Positions 37,181-45,209 of a stretch of DNA of 64,000 nt are shown one piece after another; the first letter of the stretch is position 1; the number at the start of each line of letters is the position of its first letter. The position numbers were made by a program, and so were the translations under genes. The DNA comes from an uncultured Bacilli bacterium (GTDB lineage: Bacteria > Bacillota_I > Bacilli_A > RF39 > UBA660), in assembly GCA_947589495.1 (NCBI GenBank), contig CANQAK010000003.1, positions 218 through 64,217 of the forward strand, written 5' to 3'. The notes beneath the pieces are model-generated. The model was not told the origin of the DNA and searched no databases. It saw only the letters and a program-made list of their open reading frames with translations.

Positions 37181-37794
37181 TAAAATATAACTCCCCAATA
37201 ACCAAAAATATAAATTCCAAATAATACGAGTAATATTATATAAACTATATTATAAAACATATCACTTTTAAAAATATCTGGTAAATGTCTATTTATTGCA
37301 GAAAGGCCAATATGTAATAGATACCCAATTAAACCTCCAACAACATTTAATATGACATCATCAATATCAAACGAACGACCAATCTGTAATTGAACAAATT
37401 CAACAACTATACTAGTAAAAAAAGTAGTAATAATAACTGGCCATATTTTTTTAGGTTCAACATAAACTCCGATTAAATAACCAAAGGGTAAAAAAATTAA
37501 AATATTTCCAAGAACATTATAATAAAATAATGTTGAACCAAATTCATAACGAGTCATTTCCACAAATGGTACTAAATTCATTCCTCCCGATCCATTTAAC
37601 TCTGTCATAGTAAGAATTTCAAAAAGTAACCAAATATATATAATGGATATTAAATAACTTAATTCTTTATGTAAACAAAATCTTTCACGATGATTTTGTA
37701 AATAAAAAAATCTTAAAAAAGCAATTGCTACAATAAATACCACTAGCATTGGCCATATGTTATTGAACACTTTCATTATTAGACTCGACACCAT
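37180..37794 (-). CDS. VanZ-like family membrane protein
   Basis: GRSFDIDDVILNVVGGLIGY motif and four to five TM segments. Start set at the ATG preceded by GAGGAGG. Confidence 0.7.
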   Translation of the reverse strand: MVSSLIMKVFNNIWPMLVVFIVAIAFLRFFYLQNHRERFCLHKELSYLISIIYIWLLFEILTMTELNGSGGMNLVPFVEMTRYEFGSTLFYYNVLGNILIFLPFGYLIGVYVEPKKIWPVIITTFFTSIVVEFVQLQIGRSFDIDDVILNVVGGLIGYLLHIGLSAINRHLPDIFKSDMFYNIVYIILLVLFGIYIFGYWGVIF

Positions 37795-38950
37795 TAGGAA
37801 TTTCCTCCTCAACCACTTTTAATTTTCCGATATTTTCTTTTGTAACTATAAATATCTCTAAATATATTGTACTATCATTTGCTTCATTTTTCAAAACTTT
37901 TTTTAATAATATCTTTTCATCTTTATCCAAAGTTAATTTTACTTTTTCTTCTGCTAATTTAACTCCTTTAGTATAAGCCTCAGTTTCTGTTAATTCTCTA
38001 GTCTTTTCTATATACTCTTTTTCTTTAACTAAATTGATTTCAAAATCATTTAATTTATATAAATTAATTTCTTCTTCTTTACTTTTATCTATTCTACTTT
38101 TAAAAATTTTATATTTATTTTCATTAAATACAACATTTAAATTATAACGATTTTTACCAGTATAATAAGTATAAGTTTCATTAAGTGGTACTGTAACACT
38201 TACTTTATACCAAACATCACCATATACTTCTCCACTTGCACATACTGTATTTTTAACTTCTTCATTATATAAAATATCTCCCGATAAAATAACTTCTCCT
38301 TTTAAAACATAATCATTTATTTCTTTTAAGGCTACGCCTCTATAAATATTTAAACTTGATATTTTAGCATCTGTACTTGCTACTATATCACAATGAGCAT
38401 ACTCTAATTCATTTTTAGTTGGAGTCTTTTCAGTAACATTAACAATCATTATTAATCCATCATATTTTATTTCTAACCATTCTAAAGTATCTTTATTATT
38501 ATCTAAAATTTTATTAACTATAACTTCAATTTGTTTATGACTTTTTTTTAAACTTAGAGTCTTTAAACCATTTTCTTTTAACTGTTCTAAAATTAAATTT
38601 CTAATATTTTTATTAGCGCTTTTAACTTCTATTTTAAAAATAATATTATTGGCTAAAAATAAAATAAAAATACTTAAAATAATACCTATAGTAAAAACTT
38701 GATATTTTTTTAATATATTTTTTAATTTATCTAAACCTGTTTCATCATAAATAGTAGTATTATAACTAACTAAATATTTTTTTATTTTTTTATAATCAGA
38801 ATATTTTGTTTTAATTAAGATATAATCTTTTTCTTTTTTATTATCATATAAAGTTATACCAATATCATTTAATTTAACCAAAATATTATAATAACTACTA
38901 CTATTAATTTTTAACCATACTATTTTTTCTTTATTCATATTTAAACTCAA
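37760..38950 (-). CDS. yqfD: Sporulation protein YqfD
   Basis: 396 aa with a single TM near residue 90. Position after yqfC and upstream of the ybeY-dgkA-era block matches the Bacillus yqfCD locus. Confidence 0.65.
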   Translation of the reverse strand: MSLNMNKEKIVWLKINSSSYYNILVKLNDIGITLYDNKKEKDYILIKTKYSDYKKIKKYLVSYNTTIYDETGLDKLKNILKKYQVFTIGIILSIFILFLANNIIFKIEVKSANKNIRNLILEQLKENGLKTLSLKKSHKQIEVIVNKILDNNKDTLEWLEIKYDGLIMIVNVTEKTPTKNELEYAHCDIVASTDAKISSLNIYRGVALKEINDYVLKGEVILSGDILYNEEVKNTVCASGEVYGDVWYKVSVTVPLNETYTYYTGKNRYNLNVVFNENKYKIFKSRIDKSKEEEINLYKLNDFEINLVKEKEYIEKTRELTETEAYTKGVKLAEEKVKLTLDKDEKILLKKVLKNEANDSTIYLEIFIVTKENIGKLKVVEEEIPNGVESNNESVQ

Positions 38951-39185
38951 CTTTCATTATTTTTCCATTGATAAGAAGTTCTTGTTTAGTCATTTGTTTA
39001 ATTTTTAAATTAATTCCATCAATTGTAACTATAAATTTTTCCATAGTTAAAATAATTTCTGTATCACTTAATTTATTTAATTTTAGATAATTAAAAACAT
39101 GTAAAGAATTATCATATATAGTTATGAAATCTTCTAAATCATATAAATAGTTTTTAAAAAAATCTCTAAAATGTAAATTTTTCAT
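38931..39185 (-). CDS. yqfC: Sporulation protein YqfC
   Basis: 84 aa, overlapping the start of yqfD. Assigned from size and context. Confidence 0.6.
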   Translation of the reverse strand: MKNLHFRDFFKNYLYDLEDFITIYDNSLHVFNYLKLNKLSDTEIILTMEKFIVTIDGINLKIKQMTKQELLINGKIMKVEFKYE

Positions 39186-39247
39186 CTCTATATTATATTT
39201 TTACGTATATAAAAAAAGACTATTTAGTTAGTCTTAATTATTAAATA

Positions 39248-39934
39248 CTACAAACTTATATAACATTTTTCTTTAATAAATTTCTTTATTTCTTTTTCAT
39301 CTTTTCCTTCATAATATAAAATAAGTAATTTTTTAAATTGTTCAGTTAATTCTGCTGGTATTACTATTATTCCTTTTCCTTTAGAAATTAAATAATGATT
39401 ACAATAAATTACTGATGTCCTTTTATTACCATCAATAAATATTTGACTTTTCATCGTATATAATAATAAATTTATAGCCTTATCAACAATACTTATTTTT
39501 TTAGAAAAGATATTTTGTAATTCTTCTTTTATAACGGTTTCAATTGGTAATTTTGGTTCCCAACTAGTTCCTCCAATTTTAACTGGAACATTTCTAATTT
39601 TTCCCGCTGAATAGTAAAAACCTTCTTCCACTATTTTATTTATTTCACATAACAAAGCAAAATTAGTTTTAGATAAAATTACATTTTCATTTAATATAAA
39701 TTCCCAAGCATGCTTTAAATTTACTATTTTTAAATTATCTTCAGATGTCATATTACTAACTTTTCTACCTTCAATAATATTTTTAACATCTATAAACGTA
39801 GTCACTACACCTTCTAAAATTGCTTGTTTATAAATAGTTTGAGCTAAATACTTTTTGGCAAAATCTATACTTTGTTTTACTTTTTCGGAAAGTTCACTTT
39901 CTTTATAATCTATTATTTTAATTTTTTCATTCAT
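39248..39934 (-). CDS. Fic/Doc family protein with a non-canonical active-site motif
   Basis: Reads QIFIDGNKRTS where Fic/Doc proteins have HxFx(D/N)(G/A)N(G/K)R. The catalytic His position is Gln. Confidence 0.6.
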   Translation of the reverse strand: MNEKIKIIDYKESELSEKVKQSIDFAKKYLAQTIYKQAILEGVVTTFIDVKNIIEGRKVSNMTSEDNLKIVNLKHAWEFILNENVILSKTNFALLCEINKIVEEGFYYSAGKIRNVPVKIGGTSWEPKLPIETVIKEELQNIFSKKISIVDKAINLLLYTMKSQIFIDGNKRTSVIYCNHYLISKGKGIIVIPAELTEQFKKLLILYYEGKDEKEIKKFIKEKCYISL

Positions 39935-39954
39935 TATTTCCCGTCCTTTTTAAG

Positions 39955-39995
39955 TGTGAAACAAAATTGTAAAAAAATAGTGATTTTGTTTCACA
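39955..39995. promoter_or_regulatory. 13-bp inverted repeat (operator-like) upstream of the Fic/Doc gene
   Basis: TGTGAAACAAAAT (39955-39967) and ATTTTGTTTCACA (39983-39995) are perfect complements separated by 15 nt. The repeat starts about 20 nt upstream of the ATG. Confidence 0.5.
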
Positions 39996-40000
39996 TATTG

Positions 40001-40035
40001 AAAAAGAATAGAATTTTTTAGTTCTATTCTTTTTT
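40001..40035 (-). terminator. Terminator after the yqeY-like gene
   Basis: Hairpin AAGAATAGAA / TTCTATTCTT with flanking A/T runs. Confidence 0.55.
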
Positions 40036-40037
40036 GG

Positions 40038-40475
40038 CTATTTACTTAATTTTTCTTTAACAATTGAGCTTACTTTCGTCATGTCAGCATTACTTAATTT
40101 TTCAGAGACATATTTCATAATTTGTCCCATATCTTTCATACTAGAAGGTTTTAATTCTTCAAAAGCCATAGAAATTGTTTTTTCAATTTCTTCTAATGAA
40201 GCTTCTTCAGGTAAATATTCATTGATAATAAGGACTTCTTTTTTTAAATCACTTACTACATCCATTTTACCTAATGATTCATATTCTTTAATAGAATCAT
40301 TTCTTTGTTTAGCTTGTTTTTTTAATACACTTATAACTAATTCATCATTTAACTCTGCTTTTTTATTAATAGCTTCTAATTGCAAAGCACTCTTTAACAT
40401 TCTTAAAACAGATAATTTGAATTTGTCTCCACTTTTTAAAGCATCTTTTAAATCGGTATTAATTTTCTCAAACAT
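40038..40475 (-). CDS. yqeY: GatB/YqeY domain protein
   Basis: 145 aa with DLKDALKSGDK...LSVLRMLKSAL, located downstream of rpsU as in Bacillus. Confidence 0.85.
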   Translation of the reverse strand: MFEKINTDLKDALKSGDKFKLSVLRMLKSALQLEAINKKAELNDELVISVLKKQAKQRNDSIKEYESLGKMDVVSDLKKEVLIINEYLPEEASLEEIEKTISMAFEELKPSSMKDMGQIMKYVSEKLSNADMTKVSSIVKEKLSK

Positions 40476-40487
40476 TAAAGTTCCTCC

Positions 40488-40673
40488 TTAGTTATGATTT
40501 CTTTTATGAGAATTTTTTATGCCTTCTTCTTTCTTAATTCTTCTTTCCACTCCTGGTTTAACATGGAATTTTCTCTTCTTAAGTTCTGAAGGGACACCGC
40601 TTCTAGCAAATTTTACTTTAAATTTCTTTAAAGCTCCATCTATGTTGCCATTTTGTACTACAACCTTTGTCAT
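40488..40673 (-). CDS. rpsU: 30S ribosomal protein S21
   Basis: 61 aa, basic, with the ALKKFK...ELKKRKF..KPG..RR pattern. Confidence 0.9.
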   Translation of the reverse strand: MTKVVVQNGNIDGALKKFKVKFARSGVPSELKKRKFHVKPGVERRIKKEEGIKNSHKRNHN

Positions 40674-40705
40674 AAATCGCCCTCCCTTCGCTTTTAACTG
40701 AAGTT

Positions 40706-40734
40706 ATTATAACACTTAAACAATTATTTGACAA
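40706..40734 (-). promoter_or_regulatory. Sigma-A-type promoter for rpsU
   Basis: The minus strand reads TTGTCA-N17-TATAAT, about 30 nt upstream of the rpsU RBS GGGAGGG. Confidence 0.55.
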
Positions 40735-40795
40735 CAATAAAGCCAATAGTTTGTAAAAATATTTGTAAATAGTCTTATCATTGACAATATAATTA

Positions 40796-40945
40796 TTAAC
40801 AGTATTTTTGTTTGACAACTCTTCTAATTAAAGTACCTAAAGTTCTTCCCATTTCAAAGACTTTGTCAATAGCAGATAAAACTGCTGTAATTACAGCTCC
40901 AGAAACTCCACCTTTTATTTCTAGTAATTCTTCATCTCTTAACAC
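40796..40945 (-). CDS. Double-glycine-leader bacteriocin-like peptide B (not in the ORF track)
   Basis: Hand-translated, GTG start 7 nt after AAGGAGG. Leader and mature peptide: MLRDEELLEIKGG / VSGAVITAVLSAIDKVFEMGRTLGTLIRRVVKQKYC. Confidence 0.7.
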   Translation of the reverse strand: MLRDEELLEIKGGVSGAVITAVLSAIDKVFEMGRTLGTLIRRVVKQKYC

Positions 40946-40957
40946 AATTACACCTCC

Positions 40958-41113
40958 TTATTTTCTGCAAGCATTTGGATGTAAATAACCATCCCACACT
41001 CCAATTGCGAATGAAATAAGCCCAGCAGCTATGCCAGTAATTAATCCAGCTAAACCAATGCTGATAGCTCCTCCTTTAACTTGTAACATTTCTTCACTAT
41101 TTAAATTTTTCAT
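40958..41113 (-). CDS. Double-glycine-leader bacteriocin-like peptide A (not in the ORF track)
   Basis: Hand-translated, ATG start after GAGGAGG. Leader and mature peptide: MKNLNSEEMLQVKGG / AISIGLAGLITGIAAGLISFAIGVWDGYLHPNACRK. Confidence 0.75.
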   Translation of the reverse strand: MKNLNSEEMLQVKGGAISIGLAGLITGIAAGLISFAIGVWDGYLHPNACRK

Positions 41114-41126
41114 TATATTACCTCCT

Positions 41127-41537
41127 CTACTTAAATAATTCGAAAATATATTTTATCAATTTTTGTTTTCCATAATGAATAGTTACTATACCTACTTCAT
41201 TATCATACAAAACGTTATCAATTGTTAAATTTATTTGTTCATATATTCCATTTTCAATTAATTCATATTCCCCAAAACTATTAACTTTATAAGTTAATTT
41301 ATGCCCATTAAAAGTTAAATCATGATTATCTTTAATTATTTGTGATTGTTCACTACTAACTTTAACTATTAATAATCCATTATTATAAATACCGTAACAT
41401 TCTAATTTTTTATATACAGTAACTTTAAAACTTATAATAATTAAAATTACGAAAACAACACATAATAATAAGATTATTCTATGAAATTTAATTTGAGAGA
41501 GTTTTTTTAAACTATCATAGTTAATTTGAAAATTCAT
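41127..41537 (-). CDS. Small single-TM protein co-transcribed with the exporter (miniature HlyD/ComB-like accessory, or an immunity protein)
   Basis: 136 aa with an N-terminal TM (IILLLCVVFVILIIISF) and a beta-rich C-terminus. Its start overlaps the 3' end of the ABC gene. Confidence 0.45.
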   Translation of the reverse strand: MNFQINYDSLKKLSQIKFHRIILLLCVVFVILIIISFKVTVYKKLECYGIYNNGLLIVKVSSEQSQIIKDNHDLTFNGHKLTYKVNSFGEYELIENGIYEQINLTIDNVLYDNEVGIVTIHYGKQKLIKYIFELFK

Positions 41538-43581
41538 GATTACATCTTCCTAATTCAATAATATTTTGAAAATTTTTAGTTTGGTTTTTATGAGAAATAT
41601 AAATAATTGTTTTATCATGAAAATATTCTTTAATATTTTTAATAATAATACTTTCTAAAGTTTTATCAACTTCACTTAAAGCTTCATCTAAAATAATAAT
41701 ATTAGCATTCTTAATAAGGCCTCTAGCTAAAATAATTCTTTGTTTTTCACCACCTGAAATATTTTTAGAATTAGCTTCAATCAAAGAATTATATCTAAGA
41801 GGTTTTTTAGAAACTATTTTTTCTAATTCACATATTTTACATACGTTATTTAAATATTCTTCTGAAACTTTTCGACCAACTAAAATATTTTCTAAAATAG
41901 TTCCTGTAAAAAGTTCTTCATTTTGTGAAACATATAAAATATTTTCTCTTATAGTTTTCATATTAATATCTTTAATATTTTTACCGTCCAGATAAATATC
42001 TCCTAAAAAATTTAGATTTTCTTTATAAAGAAGTTTACAAATAGTACTTTTACCAGAACCAGATAAACCATTTAATAAAGCATGAGTTCCCTTACTTATT
42101 TTAAAATTCAAATTTTTTAAAATATAATCATAATTATTATAAGAATAACTCACATTTTTAAAAGTAATTTCTCCATCTAACTCTATATAATCTTCTTCTA
42201 ATTTTTCTTCTTCAATATTAATAAACTCTGTAATTTTAGTATAAGTAGCTTTTATGTAATTATATTTAGGTAATAAGTTAATTATATTTTTCACAGGTTC
42301 TACAAAATAGCTAAGAATGATATTAAATGTAAATAAATTAACAACATTTAAATCTCCTTTTAAAATATACCAAAGTCCAAATGAATTTATTAAGAAAAAG
42401 CAACTTTCTAAAAGAAAATCTTTTCCTAAATTAGTTATGTTAAAAAAACTATTAAATTGGTAATTATTAAATAGAAACTTAGATAAATATTTTTCAATCT
42501 TGTCTAATATTATTTTACCAATATTTAAATTTTTAATGCTTTCTAGCATTGTAATATTTTCAACTAAAATTGAATTAAAATCAGTTTGATAATTTATATT
42601 TTCTAAAACTTTTTTATACAATATTTTGCTTATTATAAAGCCATAAATTGCATAAATAGCTATAAATATAAATAATATCAAAAATAATTTACTATTAATA
42701 ACAAATAAAATAACTATTGATATTAGCATCATTAAAGTATCTAAAAAACCTGATACAAATATATCTGAAAATAAACTTTTAATATTTGCAAGTTCATCAA
42801 CTCTCGTTATAATTTCTCCAGTTGTTCTACTCTTGATGCTTTTTAAAGGAAGAGAAAATATATGTTTTAAAAATTCCGGATATAAGTAAACATCAACTAT
42901 ATTACTTAAATGATTTTCATAATATGTTCTTATATAGTACATAAATATTTTACTTAATGTAAATATTCCAAAAATGATTACTAAATACTTAAATATATGA
43001 CTATTAAAAGTTAGAAAACCACTACCAATTTTTAAATAGTAACTTCCTATAATAGATAAAATTGTCCATATAAGACTAGTTATAATTATTTTAACAATGA
43101 GAAACTTTTCCTTCTTTATAATATTTAAAAATAATTTACTAATGGATAGTTCTTTATTCATTTTAATAATATTACTTCTTGGATAAGCCAAAATAATATT
43201 ACCACTAAAAACTTCATTAAATTCTGTTAAAGTCATTTTTTTATTTCCAATACCTGGATCCATTAAATATACAGTATCTTTATAAACATTTTTGACTACA
43301 ACAAAATGTTCAAATCCATTTTTAAGTCTTAAATGAGCTATAAAAGGAAATTTTAAATTCTTACTTTGGATGTCATGCTCCAAAACCCCTGATGAATCAA
43401 ATCCCCATTTTTTAAAAGCCGAAACAATATGATAAGCATTAGTTCCATTTATATTAGTATAAGTATCATCTCTTAATTTTTCTAAAGAGATATACCCATC
43501 ATAATAAATAAACAGCCACTGCATACAGCACACTCCACAATCTTTAAAATCATTTTGAAGAACTGGTTTTATATTCTTCAT
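41521..43581 (-). CDS. Bacteriocin-processing ABC transporter with an N-terminal C39 peptidase domain
   Basis: C39 motifs QNDFKDCGVCC and HFVVVKNV...YLMDPG, six TM segments, Walker A GLSGSGKST, signature ISGGEKQR and Walker B IIILDEALS. Confidence 0.9.
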   Translation of the reverse strand: MKNIKPVLQNDFKDCGVCCMQWLFIYYDGYISLEKLRDDTYTNINGTNAYHIVSAFKKWGFDSSGVLEHDIQSKNLKFPFIAHLRLKNGFEHFVVVKNVYKDTVYLMDPGIGNKKMTLTEFNEVFSGNIILAYPRSNIIKMNKELSISKLFLNIIKKEKFLIVKIIITSLIWTILSIIGSYYLKIGSGFLTFNSHIFKYLVIIFGIFTLSKIFMYYIRTYYENHLSNIVDVYLYPEFLKHIFSLPLKSIKSRTTGEIITRVDELANIKSLFSDIFVSGFLDTLMMLISIVILFVINSKLFLILFIFIAIYAIYGFIISKILYKKVLENINYQTDFNSILVENITMLESIKNLNIGKIILDKIEKYLSKFLFNNYQFNSFFNITNLGKDFLLESCFFLINSFGLWYILKGDLNVVNLFTFNIILSYFVEPVKNIINLLPKYNYIKATYTKITEFINIEEEKLEEDYIELDGEITFKNVSYSYNNYDYILKNLNFKISKGTHALLNGLSGSGKSTICKLLYKENLNFLGDIYLDGKNIKDINMKTIRENILYVSQNEELFTGTILENILVGRKVSEEYLNNVCKICELEKIVSKKPLRYNSLIEANSKNISGGEKQRIILARGLIKNANIIILDEALSEVDKTLESIIIKNIKEYFHDKTIIYISHKNQTKNFQNIIELGRCNHEFSN

Positions 43582-43709
43582 ATTTTCCTCCCTTCATAAC
43601 TAATATTACCCATCATAATTTAGATTTCCTTTTTTTTAAAAAAATTTTTTTAAAATTGTTATTTTTTTTAGTTAATTTCATAATATTTAATAGCAATAGG
43701 AGAGATTAT

Positions 43710-44204
43710 ATGATTAATAAACAAAACTTGTGGTTTGTAACGTTATTTTCTTTAATTCTTATATTAGGAATATATTATGTTAGTATTGATGATGAAGTAG
43801 CAAGTGTCTTAAAAACAGAAAATGAAGATGATACAAGTGAAGTAATTGAAATTACAGAATCTGATGTTTTAGTAGCATTAGAAGTTGAAAACGATGAAGA
43901 AAAACAAGCTCTTATGGAAGAATATCAAAATGTCTTATTAGATACTTCATCTACTTTGGAAGAAAAAAATGTAGCATATGAAAATATGCAAAAATTAAAT
44001 AATTCTAAAGCTGAAGAAAATAAAATTAAAAATTTATTAAAAGAAAAATTTAAATACAATTCTTTTGTTAAAATTAAAGATGAACAAATAAGTATTGTTA
44101 TAACAGAAAAAGAACATAATTCGGAAGTTGCCAATAATATTATTAGAAGTGTTCAAGAACTTTATGATGATGAAAAGTATATAACTGTTAAATTTAATGA
44201 ATAA
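43710..44204 (+). CDS. SpoIIIAH-like sporulation protein
   Basis: N-terminus MINKQNLWFVTLFSLILILGIYYV resembles the SpoIIIAH signal anchor, followed by an acidic linker. Start set at the ATG after TAGGAGAG. Confidence 0.55.
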   Translation: MINKQNLWFVTLFSLILILGIYYVSIDDEVASVLKTENEDDTSEVIEITESDVLVALEVENDEEKQALMEEYQNVLLDTSSTLEEKNVAYENMQKLNNSKAEENKIKNLLKEKFKYNSFVKIKDEQISIVITEKEHNSEVANNIIRSVQELYDDEKYITVKFNE

Positions 44205-44210
44205 CAAAAA

Positions 44211-44236
44211 AAAGAAACCTTGAGTGTTTCTTTTTA
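44211..44236 (+). terminator. Terminator after the spoIIIAH-like gene
   Basis: Hairpin AAGAAAC cttgagt GTTTCTT followed by TTT. Confidence 0.6.
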
Positions 44237-44333
44237 AGTATTACTTTTCAATATCGTTAGTAAAGAATACTAGAGTGATATCAAAATAAAAATATGTACT
44301 AAGTAATACCTGTGTACATATTTTTATTATTTA

Positions 44334-45209
44334 CTACTTCTTCTTTTTTATAGTTCCAGTTTTTAACAAATTATTTTCATCTTGTTGACTATTTAAAGCT
44401 ATGCCTATTGTAAATATATATGATAAGTAATAAAACCAGATCATTAATACTACAATACTTGCTAAGCTACCATATAATGTACTATATTCAGCATAATTTG
44501 TTACATATATAGAATAAATTTTAGTTCCAAGAATCCAACAAACGGTTGTAAATATAGCTCCATAATTAATTACTCTTCCCTTTACTTTTTTATTAGGAGC
44601 TATTGCATAGATAACTCTAATAATGATAAACATAATTACCCAAGAAGCTGGACCCTTAATTAGTTCTAATATTGCTACTATATTTTTGGAAATTAATTCT
44701 TTAAAATGAACTTCTTTAATAAGGGTAATAATAGTATTACCAAATACAGGAACAATTAACATAAATATTAAAAGTAACACTATCAAGAAAGTAAGTCCAA
44801 AGGCTTTAATTCTTCTTTTAATCCAAGATTTGTTTTCAATTCCATAAATAGTATTACTAGCAGTAATAATTGAATCAGCACCATTACTAGCAACATAAAA
44901 TCCAATTAATAATGTTACAAAGAATTGAAAACCAACTTTATTTACTAAAGATGTACCTAATACCATTTGAGCAAGTTCATCAGAAAAAGAATGAGCTACA
45001 AAATCATAAAGAAAATCAACTGATAAATTTAATAAAGATGCTAGGTATGTAATTAAACTGATTAAAGGGATTACTGCTAAAACAAAAAAGAAAGAAAGAT
45101 TACCAGGAAGAACTATCATATCTGGTCTTCTTAAGACTTTAAAAAGATTTTTAAAAAATTCTTTAGCTCCTCCTTTTACTTTTTCTATTCTACCCTTCAT
45201 TATTTTCAC
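44334..45209 (-). CDS. YihY/BrkB family membrane protein
   Basis: 291 aa with six TM segments and the family's typical LSFFFVLAVIP...YG.LASIVVLMIWFY pattern. Confidence 0.75.
   Translation of the reverse strand: MKIMKGRIEKVKGGAKEFFKNLFKVLRRPDMIVLPGNLSFFFVLAVIPLISLITYLASLLNLSVDFLYDFVAHSFSDELAQMVLGTSLVNKVGFQFFVTLLIGFYVASNGADSIITASNTIYGIENKSWIKRRIKAFGLTFLIVLLLIFMLIVPVFGNTIITLIKEVHFKELISKNIVAILELIKGPASWVIMFIIIRVIYAIAPNKKVKGRVINYGAIFTTVCWILGTKIYSIYVTNYAEYSTLYGSLASIVVLMIWFYYLSYIFTIGIALNSQQDENNLLKTGTIKKKK

Noticed and set aside
40081-40491. 136-aa plus-strand ORF covering the yqeY locus.
   Set aside because: It fully overlaps the well-supported GatB/YqeY gene on the opposite strand, and its composition (S/F/I/L-rich) is typical of an antisense frame.
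40618-40818. 66-aa minus-strand ORF, considered as a possible immunity protein for the bacteriocin-like peptides.
   Set aside because: It starts at a TTG inside the 3' end of peptide B, runs through the rpsU promoter and overlaps the first 56 nt of rpsU in another frame. It has no RBS.
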